The position numbers and the translations under genes are program-made. A stretch of DNA of 63,829 nt, counting the filler, from Octopus bimaculoides (taxonomy: Eukaryota): NCBI RefSeq assembly GCF_001194135.2. It is 7 parts of 6 records of this genome, joined end to end, with 100 filler letters (N's around TTAATTAATTAA, not from the genome) between each part and the next. Parts side by side here need not be neighbours in the genome. Positions count along the whole stretch, not along the records: positions 1 to 13,298 come from NC_068983.1; positions 13,399 to 33,159 come from NC_069001.1; 5 more parts are not named here. One strand, 5' to 3'. The notes under the pieces are model-generated. The model was not told where the DNA came from. It saw nothing but the letters and a program-made list of their open reading frames with translations, and made no database searches. Every line of letters begins with the position of its first letter. The stretch's first letter is position 1. Below are positions 1-13,680 of this stretch, one piece after another.

Positions 1-330
1 GAAGGCTTCTTTGTTTCTGGGGTTGTATGTGGATATGTACGGCAGTATTTTCGGGGAATGTGTGTTGCTGTGTTTAACTTTTCTTAAGTTTTCTATGTTA
101 ATTTGTGATGCACGTCTGATTCCATCCTCTATTAGTTGAACTGGGTAGTGTCTGTCAATTAGTGTGTTTTTGAGTTCTTGTAGTCTGTAGTCTCTAGTAT
201 TTTGTTCTGACACTATTGTGCATATCCTTCTTGCAAGGTTGAAGGGGATGTTTGTCTTGGTGTGTCTTGGGTGGCATGAATCAAATAGTAGATATTGTTT
301 GGCGTCTGTGGTTTTGTATTTTGTAACATC
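1..330 (-). mobile_element. Penelope-like retroelement, RT thumb/linker fragment, 5'-truncated, runs off the window start
   Basis: Stop-free 110-codon minus frame without ATG (absent from ORF track): YKTTDAKQYLLFDSCHPRHTKTNIPFNLARRICTIVSEQNTRDYRLQELKNTLIDRHYP...ILPYISTYNP, matching the PLE YKxTD..YL...SCHP.H.K..IP...ARR motif. Confidence 0.88.
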
Positions 331-379
331 TTAGCTGGTAAGTTACCCCATCATTTCGCATTTGTCTTACTTTTATATT

Positions 380-474
380 TTGATTCCCTGAAAATGAATA
401 TATGTGGAATTTCAACAGCTCTTACTTCTTTGGATGAGAGCACACATATATTTTGAAACACGGGTAGGAATTAA
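380..474 (+). ncRNA. Minimal type-I hammerhead ribozyme motif, core-mutated (G8A), in an inverted pLTR-like tail
   Basis: Stem I TTGATTCC(380-387)/GGAATTAA(467-474); core CTGAAAA(388-394); stem II AATATATGTG(397-406)/CACATATATT(443-452); GAAAC-ACGG-GTA(455-466). Confidence 0.72.
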
Positions 475-515
475 AGGAACTTTTATTTATATGCGTTTTC
501 CTCCATTTATTGTTA

Positions 516-552
<37 letters not shown>

Positions 553-669
553 TACGGAGATGCCTATAATAGGACATCTAACCCACTAGAAAGAGCAGCA
601 AAAAACTCTATACCACAAAAATAGGGATAATTTCGAAAGAGAATGCAAAATAAAAACTTTTAACGGTCT

Positions 670-745
670 ATACTCTGTACCATGGTTTCAAGTTATTTAG
701 CAAGATAAAAATATATCTTGCTCGGGACTATCTTCAGCAGAGTAC
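670..745 (-). ncRNA. Minimal type-I hammerhead ribozyme motif (left arm), intact core, weaker stem II base
   Basis: Reverse complement reads GTACTCTG-CTGAAGA-TAGTCCCG AGCAAGATA tattt t TATCTTGCT aaa TAACTT-GAAAC-CATG-GTA-CAGAGTAT. Confidence 0.78.
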
Positions 746-770
746 CACGAAGAGTACTCGCTTGTTCGTG

Positions 771-847
771 GTACTCTGCTGAAGAAAGTTACCGAACAAG
801 GTATATTTTTATCTTGCTAAATAACTTGAAACCATGGTACAGAGTAT
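771..847 (+). ncRNA. Minimal type-I hammerhead ribozyme motif with intact core (right arm of the inverted repeat)
   Basis: Stem I GTACTCTG(771-778)/CAGAGTAT(840-847); CTGAAGA(779-785); stem II AAGTTA(786-791)/TAACTT(822-827); GAAA(828-831), C, palindromic CATG loop, GTA(837-839). Predicted cleavage between 839 and 840. Confidence 0.85.
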
Positions 848-3648
848 AGACTGGTAAAANNNNNNNNNNNNNNNNNNNNNNNNNNNNNNNNNNNNNNNNN
901 NNNNNNNNNNNNNNNNNNNNNNNNNNNNNNNNNNNNNNNNNNNNNNNNNNNNNNNNNNNNNNNNNNNNNNNNNNNNNNNNNNNNNNNNNNNNNNNNNNNN
1001 NNNNNNNNNNNNNNNNNNNNNNNNNNNNNNNNNNNNNNNNNNNNNNNNNNNNNNNNNNNNNNNNNNNNNNNNNNNNNNNNNNNNNNNNNNNNNNNNNNNN
1101 NNNNNNNNNNNNNNNNNNNNNNNNNNNNNNNNNNNNNNNNNNNNNNNNNNNNNNNNNNNNNNNNNNNNNNNNNNNNNNNNNNNNNNNNNNNNNNNNNNNN
1201 NNNNNNNNNNNNNNNNNNNNNNNNNNNNNNNNNNNNNNNNNNNNNNNNNNNNNNNNNNNNNNNNNNNNNNNNNNNNNNNNNNNNNNNNNNNNNNNNNNNN
1301 NNNNNNNNNNNNNNNNNNNNNNNNNNNNNNNNNNNNNNNNNNNNNNNNNNNNNNNNNNNNNNNNNNNNNNNNNNNNNNNNNNNNNNNNNNNNNNNNNNNN
1401 NNNNNNNNNNNNNNNNNNNNNNNNNNNNNNNNNNNNNNNNNNNNNNNNNNNNNNNNNNNNNNNNNNNNNNNNNNNNNNNNNNNNNNNNNNNNNNNNNNNN
1501 NNNNNNNNNNNNNNNNNNNNNNNNNNNNNNNNNNNNNNNNNNNNNNNNNNNNNNNNNNNNNNNNNNNNNNNNNNNNNNNNNNNNNNNNNNNNNNNNNNNN
1601 NNNNNNNNNNNNNNNNNNNNNNNNNNNNNNNNNNNNNNNNNNNNNNNNNNNNNNNNNNNNNNNNNNNNNNNNNNNNNNNNNNNNNNNNNNNNNNNNNNNN
1701 NNNNNNNNNNNNNNNNNNNNNNNNNNNNNNNNNNNNNNNNNNNNNNNNNNTATATATATATATATATATATATCAATGTAAATGTCACAGCGCTTAACTT
1801 ACAACGAGTATGGTTGTAAGCAACTTCTTTGTATGTTGTTGGTATGTTGTAATCGACAGAGAATTCTGTTGACGCACAACTTCATGATTTGTTGAGGACT
1901 CCTCAGGGACCAGTTAGAAGGTGGGCTAGTACTGTAGTAGATAACTCAATTTGCACAGTTATGCTGCTGATAGCACGCAATTAATTCTTGCATATATCTT
2001 TATATCTGACACGCTAGGAACTAGTATAACCTAAATACACTGAGGTGTTGCAAAACGAAGCTGCGAGTGAGAAAAGAAAGTCTGCATTTTTCCTGTGTAC
2101 TTTGTATATACGCAAAAAGAAGCGATTGATTTACGCGTGGAACTTTTTCACAGTTTGTTAACGAATTCTGAGTCGACATGCATTTTGTTTCTTTTTCCGA
2201 TATTTCATAATGTATTCTACTCACACACACACACACACGCACGTGTGCGCACACGCACATACGCAAACATAGACACACACACACACACACACAAACACAG
2301 ACACACACAGATACATAGACACAAAACACAGAAACACACGAACACACATGTATTGTTTCCAAAGTATATGTATATTTTATATTATCATATAATGCTAAAA
2401 TGTGTGTATGAATATTTCTTCTTCACATTCGTGTCTATTGTTCACCCTATGTTTATTACTATTACTATACTTTTGGATAAGCGTATGTTTTTGTTTTTTG
2501 CGCAGTCTTAGGAAGTTTAAGTTAAGTGTATACCTACGATTACAATTTCATTATTACGAATGAGATCGGCTTTCTGTACGTACGTGTTTGTGTGTGTGTT
2601 GCGTGTGTGTGTTCGTGTTGCGTGCATGTGTGTTTTTCTTAATATGTGTGTACGTGAAGGATACATGATGCAGATTCGACCATAACATATGCACATAATC
2701 ATGTGTACGCGCGCGCATTCACAAATATATACATTTATGTATGTTGACAACCAATGTTAGTGTGTTTACGACCTTTTAACTGAGCGGTTTGGCAAAATGA
2801 GCGGATAGAACAAAGTACTAGGTATACAAAGAATAAGTCCTGGTGTCGATTTGCTCGATTAGAAGGCGGTGCTCCAGCATGGCCGTAGTAAAATGACTGA
2901 AACAAATAGAAGAATAAAAGAATAAAAGAATTTGTCTTGAAATATCGGTTTGAAATTTTTGCACAAGACAACAAATCCGGTTGCCAGAGTAAGTCGATTA
3001 CATCGACCCCTGTTCTCTGCTGGTACTTGTTTTGTTGACTCCGTATTGATGCAAATCAAAGCTGATCTCGGCAGGATATTTTGACTTCAAATAATAATAT
3101 TTATCTTGCAATGTTAATTCATATTCTGCATGTGAATCTTCTGAATTGAATAATCTTGATCACAAATTCATTGTCTCACACATGCGTACCCTACAGTCTC
3201 ACATGATACATCTCTTACACATACACTTATAAACGTTCGTATATGTTGGCATGTGAACTGTGCATGCGTTTATATCTCTGTGTGTGTTGTGTGCGTTTGT
3301 GTGTGCTGCTGTATCTGTGTGTGTCTGTGTCTGTCTGTAAGCATATATGTATATAAACACATGCACACAAATATACAAAATATATTTTACCGCTTGTATT
3401 ATTATGCGAGAGTGCATGTGCACCTGTGTGCGCGCTTATGTGTATGTGCTTTACACACGTGCGTCTATGTAAACGTATTTGCATGCAACTCCGTGCTCGT
3501 GATTGTGCATAAACAAGAAATTTGTAACATTTCATTCTTTGATATTTTAATATATCTTTCATCATGTTATATGGTATAAAACCAAATGTAATAATGAATA
3601 AAGAATCATATTTATATGCATGTATGTACATAAATATATATATACACC

Positions 3649-3697
<49 letters not shown>

Positions 3698-3776
3698 CAT
3701 TAGAGTATGAGTGTGTATGTGTATGCATATATATATACATATACATACATAAATGTTCACATAAACACACACACCC

Positions 3777-3826
<50 letters not shown>

Positions 3827-4612
3827 ATATATATATAGATATAGATATATGTTGGTATGTATGTTTGCCTGTATATATATGCATGTTTATATGGTTGTAT
3901 ATATGTGTATGTATGAATATGTATATATATATACTTATATACATAAATTATATATATATATNNNNNNNNNNAGAGAGAGAGAGAGAGATACACATATATA
4001 GACACAGACACACATACAAACACTATAATGAAATTGTTCGTACCACCTGTTTTAGCAGACTGGTAGTAGTCGGATTTGCTGTACGGATATTATTAGTGGA
4101 ACCTCTCTCTGCATTGTAACTAGTTCTAGTGGCAATCTTACGAAAAATGAACGTAGTTGTATTAGCATCGTTGTTGTTATTGTTGTTGTTGTTGCTGTTA
4201 TTATTTTTATCATTAATAATATTATTATTATTATTATTATTACTATTATTATTATTATTATTATTATTATTGCATATATTAGTAGCAATTGTTGTTTTTG
4301 TTGCTGCTAATATTGTAGCTCTATTTGCAGCAGACTAGTAAGTATCGACACGAAATCGCAATAATTTTTTGCTGTATACACTTTTTTTTTCCAGTTGTAT
4401 TCACTGCGACATGTTTTAATGGTAACAACTGAGAAACACGTGCCACCTCACACAAACAAACACACATACACAAACTCATGCACGCAGCGAACACGCAAAT
4501 GCGCTCACGCAAATGCGCTCACGCATGTTTACTTGTTTGCATTTATGTGCAATCGGTTTTTAATTTTATATATATATTATATATATATATATATATTTAC
4601 ATACGCGCATAA

Positions 4613-4648
<36 letters not shown>

Positions 4649-6009
4649 NNNNNNNNNNNNNNNNNNNNNNNNNNNNNNNNNNNNNNNNNNNNNNNNNNNN
4701 NNNNNNNNNNNNNNNNNNNNNNNNNNNNNNNNNNNNNNNNNNNNNNNNNNNNNNNNNNNNNNNNNNNNNNNNNNNNNNNNNNNNNNNNNNNNNNNNNNNN
4801 NNNNNNNNNNNNNNNNNNNNNNNNNNNNNNNNNNNNNNNNNNNNNNNNNNNNNNNNNNNNNNNNNNNNNNNNNNNNNNNNNNNNNNNNNNNNNNNNNATA
4901 TATACATACATATATACATATATGTGTGTGTGTGTATACATACATATGTATATATACACATATATGCATACACATATATGCATATATATAAACACGCATA
5001 TATACGCTTATATACTTTTATGTTATATAATGCTTATACACATACATAATACATATATGTGCATGCGTGTGTGTGAGTGTGTGGGTGGGCGTGTGTAGAC
5101 ATACATACTAAGAGTCATTTAAATATTTATACTTTCGTGTGTGCATGCGTCAAGCGAGAGACAACGTAGGAGTGAAAACAGAAAGACAATCACAAGATAT
5201 TTACGTAAATACACACTTGATATAAACACATAGGCACAATGATGTGCATATGCATACGTGTGCACTTGCCTGCACGCGTGTATGTGTGAGCACATTTATA
5301 TTTATATACACTCGATCATAAGCTTACATATATCGTTAAATAATCTTATATACGGCGAGGAAACAGACGAGAGTGTGTGACAGGTTAAGGGTAAATAGAT
5401 AGACAGACTACAAGGCAGGCAGACAGACAGACAAACAGACAGACAGACAAGTAGACAGAGATACAGACAGATAGATATATAGATAAACTGACGGGTTGAT
5501 TGATTGATTTATTGATTGATTGACACATAGAGAGAAGGGGGAAGTGTAGATGGATAACGAAATACATACATTAAAAAATTAAAAGAAAGATTTCATAGCG
5601 AAACAAATAATACTAGACGGGGAACTTCTGAAATTAAATACGTTTGATAAACCGTATATCCTTTTGTGGACACCTTTTTTATAAATAATAGCAAATTATT
5701 AATTAGAAACATACCTTTATGTTCGTGCCACCTGGTTGTTTTATGCTATAATGATTCCATAATGTCTGTAAATCTGCCTTCATTCATTCACCCATAAGTG
5801 CCGACGTTTATTTACATTTGGAATGGTAAGCGATATACATAACCGAGGAGACTGGTATTTGTATGAAATGTCCACGCATCTCCTTCTGTCTAAGTGATTA
5901 ACCGATAGTGGAACTAGATTTGCTAAGCGGCACATAAAACTAAAGTTGGAGATAGTAGAGAGATAAAATAAATACATAATTATGCAACTCCGACCAGTCT
6001 CTGAGCACG

Positions 6010-6034
6010 ATATCTATCTATCTATCTATCTATA

Positions 6035-6083
<49 letters not shown>

Positions 6084-6126
6084 GTCTGTCTGTCTGTCTG
6101 TCTGTTTATCTATCTATCTATCTATA

Positions 6127-6192
<66 letters not shown>

Positions 6193-6225
6193 CCATCCAT
6201 CTATCTACCATCCATCTATCTATCT
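6010..6225. repeat. (TCTA/TCTG)n tetranucleotide microsatellite
   Basis: Visible directly; reverse form (AGAC/AGAT)n at 5395-5485. Dozens of (TA)n, (CA)n and (GA)n tracts elsewhere, most of them bordering N gaps. Confidence 0.95.
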
Positions 6226-6561
6226 TTTCCTTTTTTTTTTGCCCCTACCGATCCCTTTTGATCGGATTTTTTTAAATTTTTGTTTTTTTATTATATTTTT
6301 TAAAAGAAAAGCTCTACAGTTGTATTTTTCCCCTCNNNNNNNNNNNNNNNNNNNNNNNNNNNNNNNNNNNNNNNNNNNNNNNNNNNNNNNNNNNNNNNNN
6401 NNNNNNNNNNNNNNNNNNNNNNNNNNNNNNNNNNNNNNNNNNNNNNNNNNNNNNNNNNNNNNNNNNNNNNNNNNNNNNNNNNNNNNNNNNNNNNNNNNNN
6501 NNNNNNNNNNNNNNNNNNNNNNNNNNNNNNNNNNNNNNNNNNNNNNNNNNNNNNNNNNNNN

Positions 6562-6601
<40 letters not shown>

Positions 6602-8341
6602 ATCTATTGGTCTAACTTAGTCTGTCTACCAATATATTCTTCTGTCACTTCGCTGCCTTTTCTATTTCTCTCGCTTTATGTACATATACATATTTGTTCG
6701 TCATTGTGTTTGTTTGTCTATGAACATTTATTATGCTATATACGTATTATATCATATAATGTATATAGATATATTAAACTTCAACACATAAAAAGTAACG
6801 CCTATTGCATACACTCAAGTAGATCTAATTAATATGCACTAAATTATCTTCTACATTGCTAAAAATACTTTCATTTCTTCATTGTATACATTTAAAAGAG
6901 TTAAATTTGACACAACTTTCAACAAACTTTTCTTATTACCCACAGTTCTAAACTAACCGTTTCCATCTCACCATTTCATGAAAAACAGTGCTCATACCAC
7001 TCACGTTATACCTGTTGCATATATACATCGTAAGTTTATATTGGTGTAATTTACAGCTATAATTTCTTCAGTATAACCTTGTACTCGTAAACTTCTCACT
7101 TACTTAAAGATTAATTGCTTAACTTTTTTTCCTCTATTTTATTCTCATATCTCGCAGAATTATTGTACATATAGATTACTATTAACATTAACATATTTTG
7201 CGGATTTACATAGAATTACTAAAGTTATTTCATTAAGTTTTTTAATATCTTTCCATAACTCATTTCATTAATTTATTAAAGTTGATCCAAATAATATTCC
7301 TGTCAATCAAAGAAATATTTGACAATATATAATCTATAATCTTGGATGTAGATTTTTATTTGAACATTCTTTTATGCCGTTATTTGTTATATTCACTCGC
7401 TACTTAATTTAAATCAAAGCATACAAATTGATCCACGTACACATACATCTATTTATTTATGTGAGTACTTATATATATATATAGTGAAATCAAATAAGAC
7501 AGAGAAAAAGAAATATGGTGCTCCAGCNNNNNNNNNNNNNNNNNNNNNNNNNNNNNNNNNNNNNNNNNNNNNNNNNNNNNNNNNNNNNNNNNNNNNNNNN
7601 NNNNNNNNNNNNNNNNNNNNNNNNNNNNNNNNNNNNNNNNNNNNNNNNNNNNNNNNNNNNNNNNNNNNNNNNNNNNNNNNNNNNNNNNNNNNNNNNNNNN
7701 NNNNNNNNNNNNNNNNNNNNNNNNNNNNNNNNNNNNNNNNNNNNNNNNNNNNNNNNNNNNNNNNNNNNNNNNNNNNNNNNNNNNNNNNNNCTCTTTTACT
7801 CGTTCCAGCCAAGCGGCTGTGGTCATGCTGGAGCAAATATTTCATTTTCTCTAAGTATACGTGTAAGCCTGGTAAGTATTTTATCATTCATGGCTGTCGT
7901 ACCGCCAGTACGACGACGCAAACACACCAACACCGGTTGTCAAGCAGTGATGGGGGTCAAACACGGACTCGTAGAACACATACACACACACACAGAAACA
8001 CAAACACCCACGCACATACACACATACACACGCACACACAAACACAAATACACACAAACAACACACACCACACACACACACACATACACACATACACACA
8101 CGCACACACACACACACATAAGACGGGCTTCTTTCAGTTTCTAAATCCATTCACAAGGATTTAATCGGCTCGAGGCTATAGTATAAGACACTTCCCTATG
8201 GTGCTACGCAATGAGACTGAAACCTGAACCATGTGGTTAGGAGGCAAGCTTCTTACCACACGGCTGCGCCTGCGCTCATGTAAGTGTATATATTATCTAT
8301 ACACAAACACACAAACACACACACATATTTGTTTGTGTGTG

Positions 8342-8379
<38 letters not shown>

Positions 8380-8888
8380 CCACCACACATACACACATAT
8401 ATATGTATATACATTTACATAACCGCAAGCGCGGGCACACTCATGCATACACAATCGCGCGCGCGCTGACACACACATATAAATTTTATTCATTTACTAA
8501 TCTAATATAACACTACTCAATGAAATGCTTTCTTATCAGTTGTTCATTATCTTTCGTTCACGTTGTATTTTCTCTTTCTGTCTTACAGTTATTCAGTTTG
8601 AATTTCCCATACACAACACTTTAACACTACATTTTCAGCAATTTCCGTCATTTAATTCTGCCAATTATTTCCCCTTACCTTTGTACGTAAATTATTTACC
8701 ACTCTAGGATAAACCGTTTCATTCTAACTGATGTTATCAATATACGATTAGAAGCCGAGTTAATTATTGTAATTATTTCGTTTAACTTTTTCCTTATCCT
8801 CTATTTCATTTAAATTGTTGCATATTAAACTTAACTCTCGTATACTTATATATAAGTGCGTTTACATTTGTGTGTGTGTTGGTATACG

Positions 8889-8952
<64 letters not shown>

Positions 8953-11900
8953 NNNNNNNNNNNNNNNNNNNNNNNNNNNNNNNNNNNNNNNNNNNNNNNN
9001 NNNNNNNNNNNNNNNNNNNNNNNNNNNNNNNNNNNNNNNNNNNNNNNNNNNNNNNNNNNNNNNNNNNNNNNNNNNNNNNNNNNNNNNNNNNNNNNNNNNN
9101 NNNNNNNNNNNNNNNNNNNNNNNNNNNNNNNNNNNNNNNNNNNNNNNNNNNNNNNNNNNNNNNNNNNNNNNNNNNNNNNNNNNNNNNNNNNNNNNNNNNN
9201 NNNNNNNNNNNNNNNNNNNNNNNNNNNNNNNNNNNNNNNNNNNNNNNNNNNNNNNNNNNNNNNNNNNNNNNNNNNNNNNNNNNNNNNNNNNNNNNNNNNN
9301 NNNNNNNNNNNNNNNNNNNNNNNNNNNNNNNNNNNNNNNNNNNNNNNNNNNNNNNNNNNNNNNNNNNNNNNNNNNNNNNNNNNNNNNNNNNNNNNNNNNN
9401 NNNNNNNNNNNNNNNNNNNNNNNNNNNNNNNNNNNNNNNNNNNNNNNNNNNNNNNNNNNNNNNNNNNNNNNNNNNNNNNNNNNNNNNNATATATATATAT
9501 ATATATACATACATATATACATACATATATATATATATATCTAGCTATTGTTCAATGTATCTATGTTTCTATAGCTACCTATTCAAATATCTGTATTTGT
9601 ACAGGTATGAACCTTTAAACATTTGAAAACTGACAGATGTAATATATTCCTATGTATGTTCAATCTCATACTAATCAATAGTCCCCACTATCTTTGTCTT
9701 TTCTTCATAACTAACTACATGTCATAACTTGATTAAATTTGATTTTATATTCGCTAACGTCCTCACCTTATTGCATTAGATTCTCTCGTTCAAACAAGTA
9801 TCTTACTTCGAGTAATAACTTGCATTTACATGCATTTCTTCCACTTCCCACTAATGATTATATAGACATTCTATATTTTCTAGAAATAGTATATAACAAC
9901 ATGCATCTTTCTCTCTGCCAGCTTAACCACTCAGCCACGATCAGCATTCCCCAACAATGCCCTTTCTTCATACAGTTCACTAATTGTAAATAATATTTTG
10001 TTTTCCTTTCATTTCATATTATCTTTTAGTTTGAAACGAAACAATTTGCAGTAATTAAGTAAGCAAGCAATTATATAGATATTCATTTAGGAATTCTGTA
10101 GCACCATATTTCGAATGCGCTTTACAGTTTCAACTTAGTAATAAACCTAATTAATCTGCTCTATTAATTTTTACCTTCATTGCACCAGTTATTCAGAAAA
10201 AGTGATATATACATATATGTGTATTATCTTCATATGTAATGGCATGTCCAAAAAGATTTGACTACTTTATTTCATGCAGAACTGTATGCGCTTCACTTGC
10301 TACACTATCAAAGACATTTCTCTAGGAAAGAACGTCATGATCCACCAAAACTGATTACAGCCACGCAATTATTGACCAATAAATATAATATCTATATCGG
10401 AGAGGAAAGATGTTTAGTTTTCTATAAAGTGTATTTTATTAAAATTTAACAATTCTTCCCTAATCAAATGATACTTAAAATATCAGGAATATAAAAAGAT
10501 AAATATATTTCTATCTCATAAAATGATGGACATTTATGAAATTTATAATAGCGCCGGCGTTGTATCGGAATCGAATAAGAGATTTATCTATCAATGCATT
10601 ACAACTTGTTATCAAAATGAAATAAGAATAGCGTTAATGAGATTAACCTCCAAGGATATTAGTCTTAACGAGATATTAAACACAAGACTGAATAATTCAT
10701 TTTTAAGCAAGTTTATTATGCTCTGAAAGAATACAAAGTTAAATTTGTCAAGAAAATTTACATTCAATTAAGGAATACAAATAAGGGGTATAGCATTGCT
10801 TAATAAACATTCGTTAAAGAAAACTAACGCTGAGATTAAGATTGTGCCACTCTCAAATTTATGGAATTATTTCCTGGTTGTAATTGAATGCTTCCAATTA
10901 TTTCTGAAAAGAAATAGTGCATTATATCTTATTTGTTTATTCCTTTAATTACCTAAACTATGATAATGAACTTAAATTCTACATTTCCATTACACCCCTA
11001 CCACATTCGTTTCCAATTTGGATTTTATATTATCTCTATTCCTGATTCGTTAACCGCTAGTTATTTAATTAAACGAAATATATTTTTCTTTAATAAACTC
11101 ACTGAATTATTGAAAATTGTTACATTCTAATTTATGTCTTCGATATACAATTAAAATGGTAGTTAAAACTTTAAAGTTTGCCACACTGCTTTACCTGGGA
11201 TTGCCTCATTCAAATTGTTCACCATCATCCACAAACATATTTATAACTATGTTAATTCGTGTACGAACTCTTATCCTATTTTATATCTCTTCCTGTTGAG
11301 GCAATGAATCTTTCTAACATACATATTACTATTTTATTTATTCAAATTTATCGGTTTTCTTGCAAATAGTTATATCATTCATTCGTTTGTGCTTACCTAA
11401 ATAATTGAATTTGACAAAATTTAATTTCGAAATCTCTAACTTCACTAAGTTACACGGTGCTCCGAGCAGTTTCATTAGTTAAGGATCCTCAAGCAAAACT
11501 TAACTTATTTCCTGTAAATATTTCAGTTGAGTTAGTAAAAGTAAACTATCAGCTATTTATTTCCAAATCTAGCTTTTCTTACATAATTATTCTGATATGA
11601 ATAACAGACCACAATCTTTATGGAGGGAGTTAGTCAAGTAATTTCATACCAGATTTAAGAAAATTTACCAAACCTGAAAAGATGGTCACTTCAGTGGGAT
11701 CCAATCTAAGTTCATGAATTGGCGTAACAAAGAAGCAAATATTTTTCTAGTGATTTCAGTAATCATACAAAATAGCAAACATAGCTATCTTGTTATTTTA
11801 ATATCTATTAAAATTTCAATATTTCAACTTTCCATAAATATAATCGCTTTCTGTCCATCATAATTTAACACAAACTTTAGTGTCCCTTTACACTTTGGCC

Positions 11901-13267
11901 GGTCTTTCTCGTGTGTCTTCAAAGAATTGTTTACTTTTAATAACAAAATCTGCTCACTCAGTGTGTCAAAAGATCAAACAAAAATTATAGATCCACTGTG
12001 AATTTGGAAAATGTCACTGAATGTAACCCAACGAAACACATTTTCAAAGGCTTTGTATACTTTCATATAACACGACAACATTAGAATTGAATTTATGGAA
12101 CTTGTTCCAATCGTTCATTTTCTTTTATATTATTTTCGCTGGAAACAGCTGAATATCGCTATATGTGAATAAAATATTTCGTTTAAGACTCATTGACATG
12201 TAATTCACTGTTCATATATTGGCTGCTGAACCGACTTCTAACATCTACATACATACATACATACATACATACACATATATATATACATACATACATATAT
12301 ATATATATACATATACATACATATATATATGCATATGTATGTATATGCATATATNNNNNNNNNNNNNNNNNNNNNNNNNNNNNNNNNNNNNNNNNNNNNN
12401 NNNNNNNNNNNNNNNNNNNNNNNNNNNNNNNNNNNNNNNNNNNNNNNNNNNNNNNNNNNNNNNNNNNNNNNNNNNNNNNNNNNATATATATATATATATA
12501 GATATATATACACATACACATACATACACACACACATATATATATCTACAGAGAAAGAGAGGAGGGGAGTGAGAACGAAGGATTGAATGGTAGATACATT
12601 TGTGCATAATTGTATTTAAATCACGCACCATCAACGGTTATTTGACAAATCTTATTCATAATATATCCATTATTTTCTTCCAATTCCCTTCTGTAAAACA
12701 AATGATACACGTGTGTAGCAAAAAACCTAAGGGAATATATAGCTATTTACTTAGTCAAAGTGAAAGTAAAGCCGAGCATTGTTAATTCTTTATCCAAACA
12801 GGTGTGTTTCTCACTATTCAGAAGTATTTAGCTGATAAGAATTTATGGTGTGTCACATGAAACATAATGAATGTAAAAATGTCGTGATTGAGAAGCAATT
12901 AATGTGTTAGATGAATTTGCTGACACGAGACGCTCGCCCTTTTTTATTGATCGCTGGCCGCAAAAATTTGTGTAATAAATCTATAAAAGTACATGCAGAT
13001 ATATACATGCAGATATGTATGCGTGTATGCATGTGTATACGTATATATTGGATCTTGTATTATGTTAAGATGGAGTGAATTCTAAGTAGCATATCAGGAT
13101 CAATCAACTATACACTCATATATACAAACACACATACATACGTATCTATATCTATCTATCCTTCTAACTATCATTCTCTGTATCGTTCCACATTTCAATC
13201 TTTCTATCTATCTATATATATGTATATGTATATATGTATATATGTATATATTATATATATATAATAT

Positions 13268-13298
<31 letters not shown>

Positions 13299-13342
13299 NN
13301 NNNNNNNNNNNNNNNNNNNNNNNNNNNNNNNNNNNNNNNNNN

Positions 13343-13354
13343 TTAATTAATTAA
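13343..13354. other. Assembly spacer TTAATTAATTAA inside an N run (artefact)
   Basis: Identical 12-mer centred in N runs also at 33204, 47729, 51770, 59214 and 62646; it gives stops in all six frames. Confidence 0.95.
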
Positions 13355-13399
13355 NNNNNNNNNNNNNNNNNNNNNNNNNNNNNNNNNNNNNNNNNNNNT

Positions 13400-13680
13400 A
13401 AATTGGGGACCCACAATAGCAGTGTAAGGACCCCTGAAAAAATTTTGCCTGAGATGTGTGTATTGGTGATGTATTGCGAGAAACAACCAGGTTTCTTTCT
13501 CTCACATTTCACACAGTTCAACCTACACCACAAGTTAATGTAAGAAAAACAAAATAGGAATTCTGAAAGAAGTTTCTATAAAACAAGTTTTTAAACATTG
13601 ACTGGCTATGGGGGTCCACCCAGAATAAAAGAGTAATCAAAGGGGTCCATAGATAAAAAAAAAATGGTTGAGAACCCCTA
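13400..13680. mobile_element. hAT-type MITE, one end visible (other end in gap)
   Basis: Ends in GGTTGAGAACCCCT, the complement of the CAGGGGTTCTCAACC hAT terminus; a matching opposite end (tagtggttctcaacc) of another copy lies at 17365-17379. Confidence 0.55.

Larger units (their letters stand above)
657..859. repeat. Long imperfect inverted repeat (~95-bp arms, 13-nt loop); right arm runs into a gap
   Basis: 657-751 is the reverse complement of 765-859 with a few mismatches and one indel; loop GAGTACTCGCTTG. Confidence 0.95.

Noticed and set aside
1885-1915. Minus-strand CCCTGAGGAGTCC half-hammerhead
   Set aside because: No matching GGAC-GAAAC half found.
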